Shown one piece after another: positions 1 through 13,309 of a stretch of 64,000 nt of DNA. Numbering within the stretch: the stretch's first letter is position 1; each line of letters starts with the position of its first letter. The position numbers and the translations under genes were made by a program. The DNA comes from Camelus ferus. Lineage: Eukaryota. The notes below the pieces were generated by a model that saw nothing but the letters and a program-made list of their open reading frames with translations, did not search any database and was not told the DNA's origin. The stretch is from contig NC_045707.1 of assembly GCF_009834535.1 (NCBI RefSeq), positions 51,276,001 to 51,340,000 on the forward strand. Reading direction: 5' to 3'.

Positions 1-330
1 GTAATAGTAACCAAATCTGGGTACTAGGGGGGCTTGTTTCTACTGAGGTGTCCTTGCTTCTAGGCTCTCTCGGATGACAGAACACAGAAATAAATGTGTA
101 TACTAACTCGTGTATATACACATATCTATAGTTATTTCTGTATATAACCATCTGTATTTATATTAAAGTAATCATGGTTTCTTACTGATATCTCCAAGTA
201 TAATCCATTACCATAAGGTTGATGATTCTAGCCTTCTCCCCTTGATTGTCTGTAAATTTCCACCCCAACAGTGAGAAACCTAGCTCCCTACAGCATACTT
301 GTAAAGCAGTATCAGAATTGTGAGCCCGTA
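1..330 (-). mobile_element. Old L1 3' UTR fragment (L1MC/L1MD-like), cut by window start
   Basis: accaaatctgggtactagg...ccaccccaacagtgagaaacctagctcc matches the antisense L1MC-type 3' UTR as recalled. Confidence 0.7.
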
Positions 331-339
331 CTCCAATTT

Positions 340-720
340 GTTTCTAACTCCAGCTGCACCCTGACCCCCAGAGGTCTAAGCATCAGATATGTTGGAGTCC
401 CTCCTTCAAAATCCTAGGTTGGTTTTTTGTTCTATCAATTTTAGGGATGGTATATTTGTCCTGAATTTACTAACATCTGGGTTAACTCTGCATCCTTTTT
501 TGCTTCCAGCATCAGAGTAACCAATTCCCTGTAGTAAATGCTTTTAGTTTGAAGTCTGTAACATAGTTTCTGTTTTTATGTCTGGACCTTGACTAGTCTA
601 TGAGCCAAATCTCTCTCTCTCTTTCTCTCTCTCTCTCTTTTTTTTTTTTTTTTTTTTAGCTTAAACCAATTTGGATTATGTTTCTTTTTTCCTGTGGCCA
701 AAAGAACACTGACTAATATA
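340..720 (+). mobile_element. Decayed ERVL/MaLR LTR 3' fragments
   Basis: LTR-like tail ccaattccctgtagtaaatg and MLT1-type ending agcttaaaccaatttggatt...tgactaatata. Confidence 0.5.
610..658. repeat. (CT)n plus poly(T) tract
   Basis: Seen directly. Confidence 0.95.
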
Positions 721-1967
721 CCATACTACTGCTTCTGCTGTTCTTTCTGCCTGTAATGTTCTCTCATTGCTACATAGAAAATTGTCAATAATTCTTTGAA
801 ATTCAGTTTAGGTATTATATTTTCTGAGCATCTCTCTCTAACCATGCCCGTGCCCTGGCACTGCACCTATTTTATTGCACCCTTTCAGCCAGAGTTGTGT
901 ACTTCTTTCTCTGTCTCCCTAGGAAGTCTTCCGAATGTTAAATTTTCTTATTGTATGAGAGTGCATCAGACATCAGATGAATTTTTAATAATTTACAGAT
1001 ACCTCTTTTTCTCTACAGTCCCTTCATGACTTTAAATTATGATGATTTTTAAAAGACTCTGAGGCATTTGTATATTTTATATTTGTATATTTGTGTATTT
1101 TACTTGCTAGAGTTATGTTTCTCATGAACATATATTTAACAAAGCATATTCCACTCATTGCTTAGTTGAGAAGATGTGTCTAGTGTGTCTTTTTCAGTTG
1201 AAGAAAGCTGCAGTGTTCTAAACATTGATATTGAAAACGTTTTCACACTTTCAAAGTATCTGTGTTATCAAAGTTTAAAAGTTTATCTTTTGGTATATGG
1301 GAGCTTATTTCTTTGTTCCAAGAGTTTCTACTAAATCTACTCTTAAGAGCATAGGGTACATGATTTAATTCCCTTTGACTTAACCATACCGTGGATTTTT
1401 ATATGTCATTTCAATTTCCCCTTTATTTCAAAGAACCCCCAAACCATTTCTAGATTTGCTGTTTATAATTCCATATGGAAAACTAATCTGCTAAAGTAGG
1501 TACTATATCCATTTGCGCTTTCAACTACTCTGCTATCTCTATGTTTGCTCTTAAAATGGTCAAGAATAATAGCATGCATCTTATCCTGCATTGAGAATGT
1601 ATTTTATTGAAAGCTTGACCACACATGATTCTTTACATTATCAAGGAAACCTACTGAAAAGCGTATTGGCAAAGGTATGTCAAATGAGATACTTGTTTAT
1701 TCTTCTCTTTTTTTTTAAATTGAAAGATGATGTTATAATTAAACCAGTGTCATTATATACCAGTATAAGATTTCTTGAATTTTATGAATGTAGACCAAAT
1801 TTGGAATGTGGGTCTTCAAATGCTGATGGTGTTTCAGTGATTCGGAAGTTCTGTTGAATGGCTTGGGGTTGTCCTCTGCAGGGTTTCTCAGGGAGTACAT
1901 CACTAGATCTCATCTCTATAAAAGGAAGCCACTGAAGTTGCTCCAGGTGTACCTGTGCTAGAGACAC

Positions 1968-2150
1968 CATCCATCCATCCACCTACTTTCTGAGTACCAG
2001 TCATATGCTAGGTACTATAAGGCACTGATGATACATTGAGAAAATTGTATTGTAGTATAGAAATTCAATGAGAGTGATATGCACAGGGTATTTAGGGAGC
2101 ATGTGTCAGAGCAACGCAGTCTTGTTTCTGGGAAGAAGGGAGGACAGGGT
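1968..2150 (-). mobile_element. L2 3' end fragment
   Basis: ccatccatcc...tgagtaccagtcatatgctaggtactat fits the antisense L2 tail pattern. Confidence 0.5.
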
Positions 2151-3049
2151 ATATATGAAAGCATTAATCGAAGGTTACTAAATCTCAGACCATATAAACA
2201 TTATTTGCCCAGCCAGATACTTCAAGAGTGTGTCTAAGAATAAATGACGAAAAAGAAGTTCATGCTATGGAAAATGAATTGACATATAGAAAAAACTCTG
2301 GAAAATCAGAGCAGTACAATATTAGTGTCCTGCTAATCCTGATATGGTCTGATTACTCTGAAGACCCTGTGGCTCTTCATTGCAGAAAGTCATCATGAAT
2401 GCTGCTGCCCCTTGGTAGGTGTGCTTCCACCGCAGACTGCCTCACATGATAATGGTCACCCACGGTCTCTGGAGTGTCTTTTGTCCTACCAACATTTAGC
2501 TTGTTACTAGGGAATAATTTGACAGCACCAAACTTTGTAGTTCTGCTGAAACTACCGCCATTGGAATCTATTATAAAGTCTAAATGCCCTTTTTGGAGCT
2601 TTTAGTTTATGTTTGATAGGAATAGAGGTTTACCCACATCATTATATTACATTCTCTGAGGCCAGCTTCATTTGGAAGTCTCATGCTGTTTCAGTGAAGT
2701 TTCATTTTTAAATTATTAGTGGGAGCAATAAAGTACCATGCCATAACATATGCTTTCTAGACTTTCACACTTCACAGTCCAGTGAAATTTTTTAAATAGG
2801 TGACGTATAGGCTTGGCATGTCTAATCTTTGCTAAAAAGACATGAGAAACCTCTACCATCTACTTTCATTGCTGCTTTAAAATAAAAATATACTTTATCC
2901 TAAAAAAGGACATCATCTCTGAATTTAAAAATATGAATATATTTCTACTTTTAGGAAAACTCCCCGACTATGGCAATTTTCCTAATTTTTCTGCAGTTTA
3001 GTTAAGGTTTTTGTACCACTGAGGACAGAACCACTGGCTTGGGAACCAG

Positions 3050-3270
3050 TGATGTAGGACATAGGGAGTAAGTTTTGAAATCAGACAGACCAGGTTTATA
3101 TGCCATTTTGTCACTTTCTAGCTGTGTGAACATGGTTAATTTAATTAACTTCCTCAAACCTGTTTCTTCACCTGTAAAAAAGGAATAATTATCTGCTTTG
3201 CCCCAACACTAGGTTATTGGAAACATTAAAAGAGCTAATGCATGTGAAAAAATTATTAACTGATAAATGT
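3050..3270 (+). mobile_element. MIR SINE
   Basis: MIR core: ctagctgtgtgaacatggttaattta...ctgtttcttcacctgtaaaa. Confidence 0.75.
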
Positions 3271-3367
3271 CATAAAATGTAATTTTAAAAAATTCTATTG
3301 AAGACCCTGAGGGAATTATAAATACCGCCCCCTCCCCCCATATGAAGGAAGAGGAAGAAAGGTAGAG

Positions 3368-3570
3368 AGCTAACAATTATTCAGTGCCTTCTGTATTTCA
3401 GGAACAGATAGCTGCTTTTCATTTCTTTTAATTATTACAACAAAGCCCAAAATTGCATATTTTAATCAACATTTTATAGCTGCAAAAAAGAATCATGAAG
3501 CTTAGAGAGTTAAACAATTTACTCCAACCACATAGCTGATGAAAGGTGAAATTAGGAATTCAGACCAAAA
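3368..3570 (-). mobile_element. MIR SINE
   Basis: Antisense core: attttatagctg...gaagcttagagagttaaacaatttactcc...acatagct. Confidence 0.65.
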
Positions 3571-5644
3571 CACGTTCAACATACTATTTCATGCTCCTCT
3601 CCAAGAGAAAAATCAGCATGCTCTGCATCGTCAAAAACATCATTCTTTTTTAGCTCTTAAAAGCACGAAGTGTTAATTTGGGGGTTAGCTATAGCAATAA
3701 GGCCACAGTCAAGGACAAATTCTGTCAGTGCAGTTTATCCTTTAGGCATTAAAGCCCTGGTTTATGTTCAGAAAACCTTCTCCTTTATTATAATTAACTG
3801 TCAAATTAACTTTCATGATGAATAATTTAACACAATTATTCACATATACTTTAGGAAGATTCTTACAAAGAAAATTAGACAATACCATGACATTTAAAAT
3901 AAAGTTTCTACAACTTTTTGAGCTAAAACCAAATGATAATACAGTCTTAGAGACTAATCATGTAATTTTGAACTTTGGAACCATTTTAAAAATGACACTC
4001 TGTATTACCAAGGATAAGAATGGCATATAAAGCTCATTATTGAATTGTTTAGGTGCATCCATGTGATATTATTTCACATTCTTAATAATTAAAATAATAC
4101 ATTTGAGGTCTGGTTCATAAAGTCTTGTGATATTTTAAAATGAGTTTCTCCCTTACAATATATAAAGAATTTTAAGCTATGAAAAAATATACCTTGTTCC
4201 TATACATTTAAGAAATACAATGACTGAATTTTAGTTTCAGATTTTTTTAACTTATAAATCAATTGTTTTAGTGTCATATATGAGTCTTCAAAGTATGGAT
4301 ACCTTTGATGGAGCTCAGATTTCCTAGACATCATTTATATTTATGCTATACTGAAACATGACATAAAATGAAAAGTGGATGGAAATTGAGAGTGGAAACC
4401 AGGGATCTGGACTCACTGTAAAATATTATGTATTTCTACGTGTTCCTTATGTACTTCCAGTAAATACCACAGCTGGAAAAATTCCTCATTTCTTTTACAT
4501 CCATCTTTTAGTATCTAGTATGGTGTAAACACTGGTAACTGTTCATATCTGGAAGATATCTTGGTATTTGACATTGTAGAAAAATACTTCTCTATGACTA
4601 ATTCGAACTTTCCATTTTATAAAAGTTCAGCTTTACAAAATGCAGCTATGTGGGGTTGAAAAAAAAAAAGGTATTATAAGTGAAATGGTGAATTACCGGT
4701 GTTCATGACTCTTTGCCCTGGGTAATCCTTGTGTGTGGTTTTAACAGGAGAGAACACTCAGATGTGTATTAGATATTGAACTATCTTATTAGGCATCTTC
4801 TGTAGCCTCTGGAGCATTACTGGCAATATTAGGCTGAGGCACACTCCTTGTGTAAATTGTTGGGATGCACCTTTATTCTGTAAAATGGCAAATGTCATTG
4901 TGCCCCTTTTCTTTCCTGTCTTAACCTGCGTGTGTTGGTTTTGAAAAATCACTACTAAGCTGTATTTCTACCTGAGTATGCTTTCTCAGAAATCTAGACA
5001 GAGGATCTAGGGATACATAGCAGGCAATTTCATTCTTTACTTCCCACTGAGCTTTGCTCTTGTAGCTGAAATGGTATGTGACCTCTATTGCCTAGTCACA
5101 GCAGGGTAACTTTAAAGGACATTTGGCTGGTGTTAACATGAAACCCTTGAACATCAGGTTATTTTTGATATAAGACCAAGTATACGCAAGTGTTATTGGC
5201 TGAGCAAAGAGTGGTATTTTTCTCCCTTTGTCTTTTTTTCAGATCAAATAAAAAATTTACTCTTTGTTCAAGAGTACTATCTTAAAGTAGCACTGTCTCA
5301 ATTTATCCATTTTCCTCTGGAAATAATTTCTTTATGGCTATACCAGTAAGTCAGAACACTTTTATTTCCATTAGGTATACTTGGCTTATATTATATCACA
5401 TGGAATCCTTGAGAATGAGAAGCAAGTGTTTCTTGTTACTAATATCCACATAATCTGCATTATATTCTGTACTTTTTAGATATTTGTAAATATCAGAAAT
5501 AAAATTGATTTTTACATCTCTGGATTTACATGAGTCTCAAATATCACCCTCTATTTCAAGCAAAAATATTTACATGTTATTATCATGAGTGAGTTTGACA
5601 ACAGTTAATAGTTCCTGATCATTTTTTTTTAATGTCTAGCACTG

Positions 5645-5790
5645 TATTTGTATGCATGCATCACCTGGGGGAATCTTATTAAAATGCAGATTCTGATTTG
5701 GTAAGACTGAGACAAGTCTGAGAATCTGCACTTCAAACAGGAACCTGGGGGATATTGATGTTGCTGGTCCAAGGACTATATGACAGCCAT
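5645..5790. mobile_element. MER5A-like hAT-Charlie DNA transposon
   Basis: atcacctgggg...ttaaaatgcagattctgat...ctgagaatctgcac...gatgttgctggtcc. Confidence 0.75.
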
Positions 5791-5804
5791 ATATAGTAGA
5801 CACT

Positions 5805-5932
5805 CGTTTTTCAGATAAGGAAGTTGAAATTAGAGAGATGAAATAATTTGCCCAATATAATACAATTAGAATTCGGCAGACCTGGGACTCAAAACAATTT
5901 CTGTTTGTTGCCAAAGCTCATTGTTAACCAAT
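5805..5932 (-). mobile_element. MIR SINE fragment
   Basis: ttttcagataaggaagttgaa...aataatttgccca. Confidence 0.65.
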
Positions 5933-7389
5933 GCTTCCAAAACTTCGTTATGGGAATGTACTCATTTTTCTCCCTCCAAACTATTGCATATTTTTATAAA
6001 GTATAATGTAAATGAATTAGTAGAGAAATGAAATGGAAGCCTGTATGTTTTCTTTTTATTCAACAGATAGAAAATTCAGTAAGTTACTATAGGAGTTGCA
6101 AAATGCTTACTCCCAATTTCCGTGTTATTTCATTTAGTAAAAATTCAAAGACAAGCACTAATCCACTAACTGCACTTTGAGTTGCATTGCTCCAAACCAG
6201 TATAACATTCAGGAAATTTTTATATGCACTTGTCAACTCAATGGAAATGACAATGGTAGTTTTTTTTAAATTAAAAATATAATAATTTATATTTAATACA
6301 TGGATTTGGTTTAAAAGGGAAAAAAAAAAAGAAAGGAAAAAGGAAAGACAGGAAGAAAGAAAATACCAATAAGAAAACTGAAAATAAAACTTAATTCTGC
6401 CTCTTATAGATCTTAAAATCTTACAGATGGGTCTTATAAGATTTTGCTTTAAGAAGCAAAATGAAGTTATCCTTTTGTCTTGTTCCCAATTTGTTAGTGA
6501 AAAATATGTGTGTTTTTTTCTAGAAGGATTGCTGTTTACTTCTTAGTTCAATTGAATTTTTATTCCTTTTTGTTTATGTATTAGTGTGGGCAGCATTAGA
6601 CACCTTGTCCTTGACTCTGAGTGTAAACTCAGGCAGAGGTTACATCAATATTTTTTCCATCATTTCATAAGGAAGATAACACATTATATTATTTATCAAT
6701 TTTAAGCATTCTACCTTTCTTCATTCATCTCAGAAGAAAATACAAGATAAAGCAGTCCTACTTGTGAACACAACGAATGTGTTCATAGGTCAGTGTGGAG
6801 AACGTCTGCTCTTTCTCCTTTTATCTCATTAATCTGAAGTGTTTGCATATATTTTTTAAAAGAGAATCTGCCACAGTTTCAGAATTGTCTTACTCCAGGA
6901 TCATTTAAACTCAAATTCTTTTAGAGAAGATAGTTAACTTTAGTTCCTTAGTGGTGCTTAAACTTCTGATGAAATGGTAGGATTGTTTTCTGTTGTGACT
7001 GTTGATCTGACACCTAAGATTGTCTCTTTTTATAATATCAGTACTTTTGTCTACCTTCTGAATGTAGTCAAATTCCAGTGTTCAGCAACTTGAAACTTTG
7101 TTCCTTTGTTTGGAATGTTTAATTTTTTTCTCCTATTATGTAGAAATTGCAATAAAATTGTTCTGAATCTATACTAAGGAGCACAGGAATTGTAAATTGC
7201 TAAAATTTGCAATAATATTGTCTAGGAAATAAAAATACATTGAGTCAACTAATTCCTGAGATTGTACCATGGTAGTCTAAGGGAATCTATATATCAGAGT
7301 CCTGAAAAAAAGAGTTCTTTAATTTTCCTAAAATCTTTCTTTCGGGGAGTCAACTTCCCATAGCAAACCCAGAGAGAACTGGTTTGCAT

Positions 7390-7560
7390 GTTGGCTCTGT
7401 TGCTAGAAGCTTCATTACCTTAAAACCAGATACATACTTCTTTAAATTTTTTTGTGTTCTCAGTTGTAAAATGGGATTAATAGTATATCTAACCTCATAG
7501 TGGTTTGGGGGTTACATGAGTAGTACATGAAAGGAACCTAGCTTGTTTAAGATGTTCAGT
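7390..7560 (+). mobile_element. MIR SINE fragment
   Basis: ctcagttgtaaaatgggattaatagta...cctcatag. Confidence 0.6.
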
Positions 7561-7689
7561 AGTGTTTGTTTCCTTTAAACTTTACTTTTGAGGGAGCATA
7601 TGTGGAGAAGTCATACTGACAGTTTTGTATTCATGAACAATATCTGTGAAATAATGTTTTACACAGAGAAAATTCTTTATTGTTTTGTG

Positions 7690-7860
7690 GTATATGTGTA
7701 TCATATATCTATGTCTATATCAACACTTCTATATTCCTACATCGATGTCTATATCCAGCTCCGCTTTCTACTCTACATCTCTATTGATCATCTAGACCTA
7801 TAAATCTGATACATTTAGCTCTTGTCTATCCATCTTCATCATCATCATCATCTGTTAATC
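7690..7860. repeat. Degenerate TCTA/ATC low-complexity tract
   Basis: Recurrent tcta and atc units. Confidence 0.6.
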
Positions 7861-7956
7861 TGTCTTTTTAAAATTATTTTTCTATCAGTAACAAGGAGAT
7901 AACATTTACTCATATTACAAACCAAATATGGAAAGATAATGTAACTTTTTGCATCT

Positions 7957-8809
7957 GTAACAGATCTAATCCTCCTCTCTCAACTCTGACCCCACAGAGT
8001 ATTAAGGCAGAAGGGGAACTTGTCACTTAAGAGCATCCATTTCCTCTGGTTGAAATGATGTCTTTTGGATGACTCAGTCTCCTTTAAGCAAATGCTTGGC
8101 TTTTCATATTTTCTCCACCAACAACCTGCCTCTCTGCAAGGTGATATCTGGATACACCGGAGGCCTATGTGATTTGGGATGGTGGGAAAAGAGGATGGTG
8201 TTCTTTGAATGCTCTGTTTCTATCATAGGTAGCTGATGCTCTGGTAGTCTCTGGACTTTTTTGAGTGGTAGGTGGCACCTATGACCAAAGCCTGTGTTTC
8301 TGTCCATGGTTCCCTCACATACTATAGGCTGTGACCCCTTCTGGATCCTTCCTCATCTCTTACCAGGGCACATGGGAATCTCTAAATCATCAACATATGC
8401 AGACTGAGGGGTCAGGGTACTGCACAGGATCTTTTCCCAATTATCTTTTTCTGCAAAAGCTGTACTACTTATATTGTATGATGGGCATAACACTGAGCTG
8501 GTTGCTAGACTTCTAAAGAACTTCACCCTCTCCAGATATGCCAGTAGTGGTCCTATTGTCTTTTGGACACCCCTGTATGTAATTGGATAGAAATAATACC
8601 CATGTGCAGCTTAGTCATGAGAAGTGGAAAAATGGTAACCCTAAAATCTGCCCTTTTATCCTACTCTTCTCTCTCTCGTCCTTCCATCATCCTCCTGGAG
8701 GAAAGGGAGAAAGGGACCAGCTGTTTCCTCTCCTTTTGTAACACAACTTCCCCTGTGTTAATCCCTTCTTCTTTCTGTGGATTCAGAGAAGGAGGGGTAT
8801 CATTATACA
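7957..8809. mobile_element. Possible ancient solo LTR (family unresolved)
   Basis: A ~850-bp block richer in GC than its flanks, bounded by TG...CA; no TSD seen. Confidence 0.25.
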
Positions 8810-9339
8810 AGTTTTATGTGCATTAAAAATTATTCCAAAAATATTAGGATCAATGGATACACATAGGCCGTCACTCTCCTTTAAAAGGGAAAAATTATAA
8901 CTGAAACTAAAAGTATGCATTTAACCCTCTTTATATCATTTCAGAATACTTAACAACTAGGAATTGGTTATAAGTAAATCCATCACTGCAAGAGATCTTA
9001 TTTATAGGGATTCCTTTAATTTTCTGACTAAAGAGTATGACCTGTAGCTCTTAGTTGGTAAGTATTCTTTTCATCTGTGACTTTTCCAGTATTAAAATGT
9101 AACCTCTAATGCTGGAAATTATTACATTCTTTCAGCCTAAAAAATTAAACCAATGCCGTTAATGTATTTTTCTCATAGATTTCTTGAACAGAGACACTCA
9201 TTGAAGCAAATTCATACTGTTTGATTTATGGAATATGTGGGATTAGCCATACTTTGTATACATCTTTTAGTTTATTTACTCCTTCCATCATTACATTTAG
9301 TATGTATACCTATTTTTTCCCCAAAACATGAAAATACAT

Positions 9340-9490
9340 CATCATATTTATTTCATTTATTCAATATAAAGTCCATTGAATACTATAAGGCAATGGACTT
9401 ATTCTGTGCATACAGAAATAAATTAAAAAATTCCCCTACCCTTGGCTTAGAACATACAACCAAGCAAAATAGTTAAGTACGTAAATGAAA
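9340..9490 (-). mobile_element. L2 3' end fragment
   Basis: ttcatttattcaa...attgaatacta antisense L2 tail. Confidence 0.5.
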
Positions 9491-9509
9491 TAATTTAATA
9501 GGATGTCTG

Positions 9510-10200
9510 TTTGTAATATACCTTTAATATACTTTCCAGTTTCTTTAACTTTCGTGTCCAATAGTTTCAGCAACTGATTTATCTCTGGTACTGTTTCTGT
9601 TGGCTATTTCTTCTCTTGAAAATGGGTAACATTTTCTTATATCTTGTAATTTTTATTATGTGCTTGACATTATAGGGTAAAAGAAAAGTTGAGACTGAAA
9701 TAAATAATATTTACCCCCTAAGAAAGGAATGCCTCTCCTTTTGTTAGGTTGCTAGTTTGTGGGGGAGGATGAGTCAATATAATATGTAGTTAAACTGTAT
9801 TTAGATTTTATTGTATCTTCAGCTAAGCTTCAAATTCACCATTAACTTCAAATATTTTGAGTGCAGAATTGAGATTTTTCCTTTTAGCAGGACTTGGAAT
9901 TTGATCACCAGAATCAAGAGATCACTTTATGCTTTATTGCTCACCAGGCAGCGTTTGGCACCACGGAGTTCCCTTGCTGTCTTGATCAGTTCTCAACCTT
10001 TGGGGAGCTCTGAAAACTCATTTCTCTCGGACCTCATGCCCAATATTTAGACTTTAGATGGCTGCTGCAGTGCACTGTACAGTGACGACTAAATGCTTTG
10101 TGAGGGATTTCTGTGAACTTTCCTATCTCAGTTTTTAGTGAGCTGTAATAAACATAAGAAAGTGTTAATAGAATTATTATGTCAGTGTGCTGGTGAGCAG
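9510..10200 (-). mobile_element. Old L1 5'/ORF1-region fragment (L1ME-like)
   Basis: tctggtactgtttctgttggctatttcttctcttgaaaatggg...ttttgttaggttgctagt is typical of antisense old L1 5' regions. Confidence 0.55.
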
Positions 10201-11054
10201 GCAAGACCTTGATGTGTGACGCTTGATCTGGTCCTTTAGAGATAAACAGGATTTGGCTTGATAGAAGAGGTAATGGAAGGACCCTAATCCATATACTCTT
10301 ACATCTAGTTAAGAATGGCTGCACATTAACAGGGCTGAGGATAATATAGGAACAGAGGTCAGGAGACCCAGGGAAGCTGAGAGAGAACAACAGCCACAAC
10401 AAAGCAGATATCAGGACAAGAGTACAGTGATATGAGCATAAAAACTGGGCAAATCGTCATGAGAACAGGAGATTGAAAGTTAGTAGAGTGACTGTCCTGG
10501 GGAAAATACATAGCGATTCATACTAATTTGATTATTTATGTAGGTATCAGTTTTGATGTGGTGAACCCTAAGGCAGAAAGTGCTGGGAGTATGTATTATT
10601 AGGAAGCATAACTTAGAAAATCACACCCATCAGTTCTATCTGATTTCAGTGCTTATGAGCATGATGTTATACTCCATTGGTGAGGTGTGATTTGAGTTGG
10701 GACTTGAGTGCTGGATATTAGTTATAAGCAAAGGTGGGTGGTGAGATGGGAAGAGACAGACTCAGGTCTGTGAAAGAATGTCATCAGAGGCTGGAAGGTA
10801 GGAACTTGGGGGACATGTTAGAAAAACAAAGTGGGACTTTTTCTCACTTATTAGTGTCAAGTTCAATTCAACATGTATAAAATCAAACAAAAAATCTTGA
10901 CTATATTTTTGTCTATATTCTAGGGCATCTGTAAAGTTTGATATCAGATACAAAACTTAAATATCGACTTCTGTGGGTTACTGAATTAATAAGAGGAAAA
11001 AAATCTTAAGGTTTTTCTGACTTTAATCACCAATTCAGTAAGCACTTGAATGTA

Positions 11055-11200
11055 GTTTATTTGGACAAACATTTATTGAAATCCTGTGTGACAGAGAGTA
11101 TGTTCAATGATGGGGTTATGAAGAGAAATAAGATATGGCCCCTCAAGGGACCTAGAGTAGTGGGAGAGACAGATTGGTAGATAATTAAAATACAGCCTTC
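11055..11200 (-). mobile_element. L2 3' end fragment
   Basis: caaacatttattgaa...aataagatatggcccctcaaggg...agtgggagagacag. Confidence 0.7.
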
Positions 11201-12604
11201 TACATGTATTGTTAGAAGTATGTTCTCACCAATATTGATATTTTTCTTACAGCTGCAATTATTCTTCAAACCAATAAGGAATTGTTTGATTGTTAAGGAA
11301 AAATACCTTTGATTTCTAGGCTTTTGGTTTTTCTTTATTTTGGTTAAGCAAGAAAAATATACAGTTTTTGTTTATATTACATATAACTTTAAAAAGGATT
11401 TATGGATATTAAAGAGATTTTGTGAGTTGGGCATTAAATGTATTTTTAAGTCAAAGAGAAATGAAGGCAGTCATAATAGAATATGCTGTCGGATGTAAAT
11501 AAGGATTCCTTTGGCTGAATTCATATCTTTTGTCTTATATCATCATATTCCAAGAGATTTCACTGCATATCTCTCAGTTTCATGAGCTTTCTTTCATATA
11601 TCTCTTGGAAGCACAGTGATTCATTTTTTGTTATTGGTCCTGGTTGGTGCCCGGGTGTTTGCTGTCTCATCTGAGTTTGAGTGGCATGAAATTAACAGTT
11701 GGCTCCAGTCATAAGTCCCCTACAGGTCAGCATTTCTAAGTGTCATCAAGGGCAGACCAATAGTTTGATCTTTAGAAGACCTTTATGTAACATTTGGGAG
11801 CAGCCAATATCTTTAGAAAACTCTCAATTGAATGAATTAATAATTTGAAGTACAAATAGGAATTTTTTATTCCTAGGAATTTGAACCTAGGAATAACAAC
11901 AACAAAAACTAGAACTTGTGATTCTTTAATAGTAATTTTTACTTTGTGCTTGATAAATTGAGAGTAGCAACAATAAGAATGGGATGCCAAGTCAGTTAAC
12001 TGCTTCATGAAGCCAGATATATTTGAACTCAATAAGGAATAGGATACAGGTATAATAAGAATGGTTAATATTCTGTAGGAGAAACCACAAAATAGATTTT
12101 GCATTTTCTGTCACTAAGGGTTTTATCTTCATATCCATTTGAACCATCAGAGAATATGAAGCTCATACTTGTTTCACAGGGTCAGTCATTACTTGCCACA
12201 TTGCTGTACTTTGCCAAAATCCAACTTGATGGACCATAAAAATAGGGGTAATTTACTCAATATGTTTTAAATGGAGCAATAATCATTGTATGCCAGGAAC
12301 CTACAAAGGCTTTTTTCTTGGGGTGAGCATATCTCAGATCCACACAAAGGGAGAAGAGAAGTTTAGGGATGTAGTTGAGATGGGTGAGAACACTCAGTAA
12401 GTATTGGGGGAATATAATGTGTCCATGTTGTACTAGGTACTATATACTGAGGAAGAAGAACTAGGTGGGAACTTCGACGAGTGTCAGAGGGGAGATTAAT
12501 TATGTTGAAACTTAAGGAAGAGAAGATTGAGGGCAAGCCCCACATCTTGAGGTATTTGATTACTATTATCAAGATGACCATACCCCAAGGAGGGAGACAC
12601 ACTG

Positions 12605-12790
12605 TTATGGGGTAGAGAGACTACTCAGTTTTCAGTCAGGTCCTAGAGGTCAATCCTGTTCTGGCATTAATTTACTCTTTCAATGTAAGCATTTACTTAA
12701 AAAATAAGCTTCAGTTTTGTCATCTGTCAAATGGCCTATTTTATCTGTAAGAGTTCTTTCAGCTTTAACTCAGTGATCCATAGATTCTTT
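12605..12790 (+). mobile_element. MIR3-like SINE
   Basis: cttcagttttgtcatctgtcaaatgg core followed by an L3-like tail ttctttcagctttaac...gattct. Confidence 0.55.
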
Positions 12791-12844
12791 CTCTAGTTAC
12801 ACCAAGGCAAGAACAACAACAAAAAAGAATTTTTATTATACACA

Positions 12845-13090
12845 TTGGGTTTTAGTTAGAAATAAAAACACATTTTCTAGAAGTGAGAGGAACTCAGTAT
12901 TGGGAAGTATCTCTAAGAGAAGCCAAGATGCCACTGTTTCAGCATGTAAGTGAACATGTTTGACTTTCAACACTGCTACTAGAAGCTATGCTAGAGTCTG
13001 GTCAGGTGTCCTAGTGTGCAGATGAGGGTAGGGAAATGGACACAGTGGTCTGTGCTGAGAATCTTTATGCCAAGAAAGTCTGCAGTTCTC
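12845..13090 (+). mobile_element. L3/CR1 3' fragment
   Basis: ttttagttagaaataaaaacacattttctagaagtgagagg... resembles the L3 3' region. Confidence 0.4.
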
Positions 13091-13290
13091 AGAAAACAAA
13101 CTGTAAAATTACACTATTAGCTTTCACAATGAATATATTTTCCTTCTGTGTTGCGCAGAAGCTCCTTCGTCAGAACTACAACAGTCTTCTCATATCTTAG
13201 CTTTTATTCTTGCAACTCAGTTACTAGAAAGATGGAAAATTAGGAAACTACCTTGTTAGAACTTTTGAAATACACCCTGTCTAGTGGACT

Positions 13291-13309
13291 TCCCCACTAG
13301 GTGGCACTC
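13291..13309 (+). promoter_or_regulatory. CTCF binding motif
   Basis: TCCCCACTAGGTGGCACTC; the core CCACTAGGTGGCAC (13294-13307) fits CCASYAGRKGGCRS. Confidence 0.6.

Noticed and set aside
2402..2420. CTCF-like motif on the minus strand (CTACCAAGGGGCAG)
   Set aside because: Two mismatches, including a near-invariant core G.
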